A stretch of DNA of 64,000 nt from contig JAFWDV010000009.1 of the NCBI GenBank assembly GCA_017515985.1, forward strand, positions 46,832 through 110,831, given 5' to 3'. Under the pieces are notes generated by a model. That model was not told where the DNA came from. It saw nothing but the letters and a program-made list of their open reading frames with translations, and did not search any database. This stretch comes from Clostridia bacterium (GTDB lineage Bacteria > Bacillota > Clostridia > TANB77 > CAG-508). Position numbers and translations under genes: made by a program. Shown piece after piece: positions 60,837 to 64,000 of the stretch; position 1 is the stretch's first letter, and every line of letters begins with the position of its first letter.

Positions 60837-61415
60837 TTATTTTCGCCATTCAAATCCGTCTGGCAAATTTAATGCATCTTTTTTCTTTCTTACATATCTA
60901 TCCTCTTCGCTAAACACGCATCCGCAATATTTTTGCATATATAACCCTTCTTCTTTTGCTTTATCATGGCCTGTCCAAAAACCATATCTAAAATCTCTAT
61001 ATAAGAATTCAACCCCATATTCTTTGCTATATTGTTCCATCAAATTTTTTATAAAATCATGTTTTTGATATATGCTATATAGCAAAGTTGAAGTAACATG
61101 TGTATAACCGTGCTCCTTAGCATATTCAAATGTCTTTCTAAGTCGTTTTGGATAGCAATAGTTCACACATCTTGCCTCAATATTATCAGACACATTTTTA
61201 CAAAATTCATCTAATCCATATTCATCCTCAAATATTGCTTCGATGTTTACCTTTTCACTATACATCTTTAGACAATCTCTTCTAGCTTCATATTCTTTAT
61301 ATGGATGAATATTTGGATTATACCAATATAGTGTTGGCTCAATTTCTTCAGCTCTTAGCTCTGAAATGCAATATACACTGCATGGAGCACAACATGTATG
61401 CATAAGTAATTTCAT
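60837..61415 (-). CDS. queH: epoxyqueuosine reductase QueH
   Basis: 192 aa; LLMHTCCAPCS N-terminus and Cys pattern of DUF208/QueH. Confidence 0.8.
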   Translation of the reverse strand: MKLLMHTCCAPCSVYCISELRAEEIEPTLYWYNPNIHPYKEYEARRDCLKMYSEKVNIEAIFEDEYGLDEFCKNVSDNIEARCVNYCYPKRLRKTFEYAKEHGYTHVTSTLLYSIYQKHDFIKNLMEQYSKEYGVEFLYRDFRYGFWTGHDKAKEEGLYMQKYCGCVFSEEDRYVRKKKDALNLPDGFEWRK

Positions 61416-61458
61416 AATTTCTTGTAAACTCTTCCTTTCTAATTATTTACCATATTCA

Positions 61459-62982
61459 TTAATTGCTATCTTCTGTTTTTTCCTCCGTCCCCAAAATTTC
61501 TTTGTTTTTATATACATCAAACGGCTCTTTACTTTCTACTAATTCCATGTTTTCTTTTATATATTTTCTAACTTCATTTGGATTTTGCCAATTAAGATAT
61601 CCCTCATACTTCAAAATTAAATATAAAGCATCTTCATTCTTTATTCTTTCAATTATCTTTTGCTCTCCGCTTCCTCCAAAATTTCCCTTACAAAACATAT
61701 CAAAATCTTTGTTATATCTGTCAATTGGTATCATATACATTGCAGCAGACGAATCCAAAATATACACTTTCTTTTCAGATTTTTTAATATAATCGTCAAT
61801 TTCACTAATCATTTTGTCGACATCGTTATCAATATATACATAATCAAAATGATTTTGAAATTTAAATTTAGTTATCCTGCCCAAAAACTCATTATGATTA
61901 TATTCTATCCATAATGTTAGAGCAATTGTAGAAAGCATTGTAAATATATTAATAAATTCTATAAAATACTTAAAGTTAAATTTTTCACCATTCTTAAATA
62001 ATAGGCTTAAAAGATAACCACTTAATATCCAAGATGGAATCATAGCAGTAAAAAAATGTTCCTTGTCGCTTATAGGAAAAACGATTGAAAACATCGCAAT
62101 ACTATAAGCCGTTAAAATATATAATATGCAGTCATCTTTTCTTTTAAATTTATTGACAATACTTATAATTACCGCTGTTATTAGTACTACAGGTACCATT
62201 ATCGCAAGTATTCTAATAATATAAGTTTTGTTTGTTAACAATTTTAAATATGGGATTTTATTAGAAAATGTTTTAACACCAAATACTGAATAATCCAAAA
62301 AGTCATCATAAGCATTTACTACATTCAAATAAATCAAAAAAGCTAAAATTGGTATTGCCATACCTAGTAATCTAAATAATATTTTTTTAAAACAATTCCT
62401 TATATTTCTTTTGTTTTTTATACAACATATTGGACAAATAACAACAAAAAAACAAATTATTAATCCAACAGACTGCTTACTGCACACAGATAATCCAGCA
62501 AGAATACCAATAAAGAAATCAACTATCCCCTTATTGCACTTGAGTATTTTTTGCTGTTTTACCTCAAGTAAGATAATTGCAAGTAGGAAAATCAAAACAA
62601 GTAAATTATAATTTAATGCTAAAAAATCATATATACATACAAACAAAAGTAATAATATTAGTCTTGATATTTCATTTTTTATTTCAAGTTTGTTAAAAAT
62701 CTTTGAGGCAAGTACAAAAACAATTACAGACATTATAATTGCAGATATTCTTGAAATAATAAGCTGTGATCCAAATATTTTTAATGGAATAGCCAATAAG
62801 AAACCTAAAAGCGGCGTTGAAACCATGCTTATATCTTTATATGGAATAAGTCCATCTGCTATACATCTAGACACATTGAAATTCCACATTTCATCTAAAT
62901 TTCCTAATGGTTTAATTATTATCACTATAGTAATTGATAGAATTAAACATAGCCAAAAGACTATTTTTTCCAACTTATTCAT
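61459..62982 (-). CDS. GT-C fold membrane glycosyltransferase (PMT_2/ArnT-like), paralog-type of 55337..56812
   Basis: 507 aa, about 12 TM helices; loop-1 LGNLDEMWNFNVSRCIADGLIPYKD DE-motif; soluble C-terminal domain. Confidence 0.5.
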   Translation of the reverse strand: MNKLEKIVFWLCLILSITIVIIIKPLGNLDEMWNFNVSRCIADGLIPYKDISMVSTPLLGFLLAIPLKIFGSQLIISRISAIIMSVIVFVLASKIFNKLEIKNEISRLILLLLFVCIYDFLALNYNLLVLIFLLAIILLEVKQQKILKCNKGIVDFFIGILAGLSVCSKQSVGLIICFFVVICPICCIKNKRNIRNCFKKILFRLLGMAIPILAFLIYLNVVNAYDDFLDYSVFGVKTFSNKIPYLKLLTNKTYIIRILAIMVPVVLITAVIISIVNKFKRKDDCILYILTAYSIAMFSIVFPISDKEHFFTAMIPSWILSGYLLSLLFKNGEKFNFKYFIEFINIFTMLSTIALTLWIEYNHNEFLGRITKFKFQNHFDYVYIDNDVDKMISEIDDYIKKSEKKVYILDSSAAMYMIPIDRYNKDFDMFCKGNFGGSGEQKIIERIKNEDALYLILKYEGYLNWQNPNEVRKYIKENMELVESKEPFDVYKNKEILGTEEKTEDSN

Positions 62983-63003
62983 AAATACATTCCTTCCAAT
63001 AAT

Positions 63004-63990
63004 TTATGCTTTCAATTCATACCCCATATGACTATATGCTGCAGGTAACGGGATTCTTCCCCTAGTTGTTCTTGAAATAAAACCAATTTGTATCAAATAC
63101 GGTTCATATACATCTTCAATTGTATCAACCTCTTCACCAACGGTTGTTGCCAAAGCATCAATTCCAACTGGTCTTCCACCATATTTTTCTATCATAGTCT
63201 CTAAAATTTTTCTATCTATTTCATCCAATCCAAGTTCATCTATTTCTAGTCTATTAAGTGCAATCTTTGTTAACTTTATATCAATATCATTATCTGAGAA
63301 AACAATTGCATAATCTCTAACTCTTTTTAATAATCGGTTAGCGATTCTTGGAGTACCTCTAGATCTTCTTGCGATCTCTTCTGCTGATTTATCATCAATA
63401 TTTACATCCAAGATTTTTGCTGTTCTCTTTACAATTGATTTTAAATCGTTATTATCATATAGCTCTAGTCTATTTACAATACCAAATCTATCTCTAAGAG
63501 GTGTTGATAATGCCCCTGCCTTTGTTGTTGCGCCAATTAAAGTAAATTTCGGTAAATCAATTCTTATAGACTTCGCAGTTGGACCCTTTCCAATAACGAT
63601 ATCCAAAGTAAAATCTTCAAGTGCCGGATATAATATTTCTTCAACGCTCTTGTTTAGTCTATGAATTTCATCAATAAAAACAACATCATTTTCTTTAAGA
63701 TTTGTTAACAAAGCAGCTAAGTCTCCAGCTTTTTCTATAGCTGGACCTGATGTAACCTTAATGTCAGCATTCATTTCATTTGCTATTATATTAGCAAGCG
63801 TAGTTTTTCCCAAACCTGGAGGTCCATAAAGTAAAACATGATCTAATTGCTCTCCACGTTTTTTTGCCGCTTCGATATAAATTTTCATATTCTCTTTAAC
63901 TTTGGTTTGTCCAATATATTCTTCTAATAATTTCGGTCTGATAGAAGTTTCTAAACTTTCTTCAACCCCATCTTCTAATTCAGGATTCAT
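63004..63990 (-). CDS. ruvB: Holliday junction branch migration ATPase RuvB
   Basis: 328 aa; [11 protein letters not shown] Walker A, DEIHRL, sensor/arginine-finger region. Confidence 0.9.
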   Translation of the reverse strand: MNPELEDGVEESLETSIRPKLLEEYIGQTKVKENMKIYIEAAKKRGEQLDHVLLYGPPGLGKTTLANIIANEMNADIKVTSGPAIEKAGDLAALLTNLKENDVVFIDEIHRLNKSVEEILYPALEDFTLDIVIGKGPTAKSIRIDLPKFTLIGATTKAGALSTPLRDRFGIVNRLELYDNNDLKSIVKRTAKILDVNIDDKSAEEIARRSRGTPRIANRLLKRVRDYAIVFSDNDIDIKLTKIALNRLEIDELGLDEIDRKILETMIEKYGGRPVGIDALATTVGEEVDTIEDVYEPYLIQIGFISRTTRGRIPLPAAYSHMGYELKA

Positions 63991-64000
63991 TAATTGATTA

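Overview
64-kb window from a low-GC (about 27% GC) spore-forming Firmicute, Clostridium-like on gene content (spoIIID, rny, meso-DAP dehydrogenase, split transketolase, hpf, ssrA). Almost all genes are on the minus strand. Housekeeping content: spoIIID, signal peptidase I, dgkA, acyl-CoA synthetase, rny, ddh, yicC-rpoZ-GK-like, rsmE, tktAB, recQ-family helicase, ssrA, hpf, truA, queH, ruvB, and five tRNA genes plus one decayed tRNA copy. Accessory or unusual content: (1) a cohesin-dockerin gene cluster (3650-10777) whose dockerin-bearing subunits are DUF4214-repeat proteins, not glycoside hydrolases, with one sortase-anchored and one membrane-anchored cohesin protein and a free dockerin-only mini-protein. 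(2) A DnaB-like helicase with an atypical P-loop paired with a 713-aa coiled-coil protein carrying a possible ParB-like motif. (3) Two small GC-rich (43-50% GC) islets next to tRNA-Ser and ddh, carrying two mini-genes and a macro-domain gene. (4) A tight operon (54026-60679, extending to 62982) encoding SpeH-type AdoMet decarboxylase, a membrane-fused spermidine-synthase-like enzyme, two DUF350 and two DUF4178-like proteins, two GT-C glycosyltransferases and a frameshifted FAD amine-oxidase-like gene. This conserved but functionally uncharacterised membrane aminopropyltransferase module is the best candidate for an undescribed system. (5) An 830-aa adenosine-deaminase-fold fusion protein. (6) A recurring 17-25-nt GC-rich repeat (GGGGACGGAGGAAAAA) and related GC-clamp terminators. 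(7) Two apparent frameshifts. No CRISPR array, rRNA or obvious transposase/integrase was seen.
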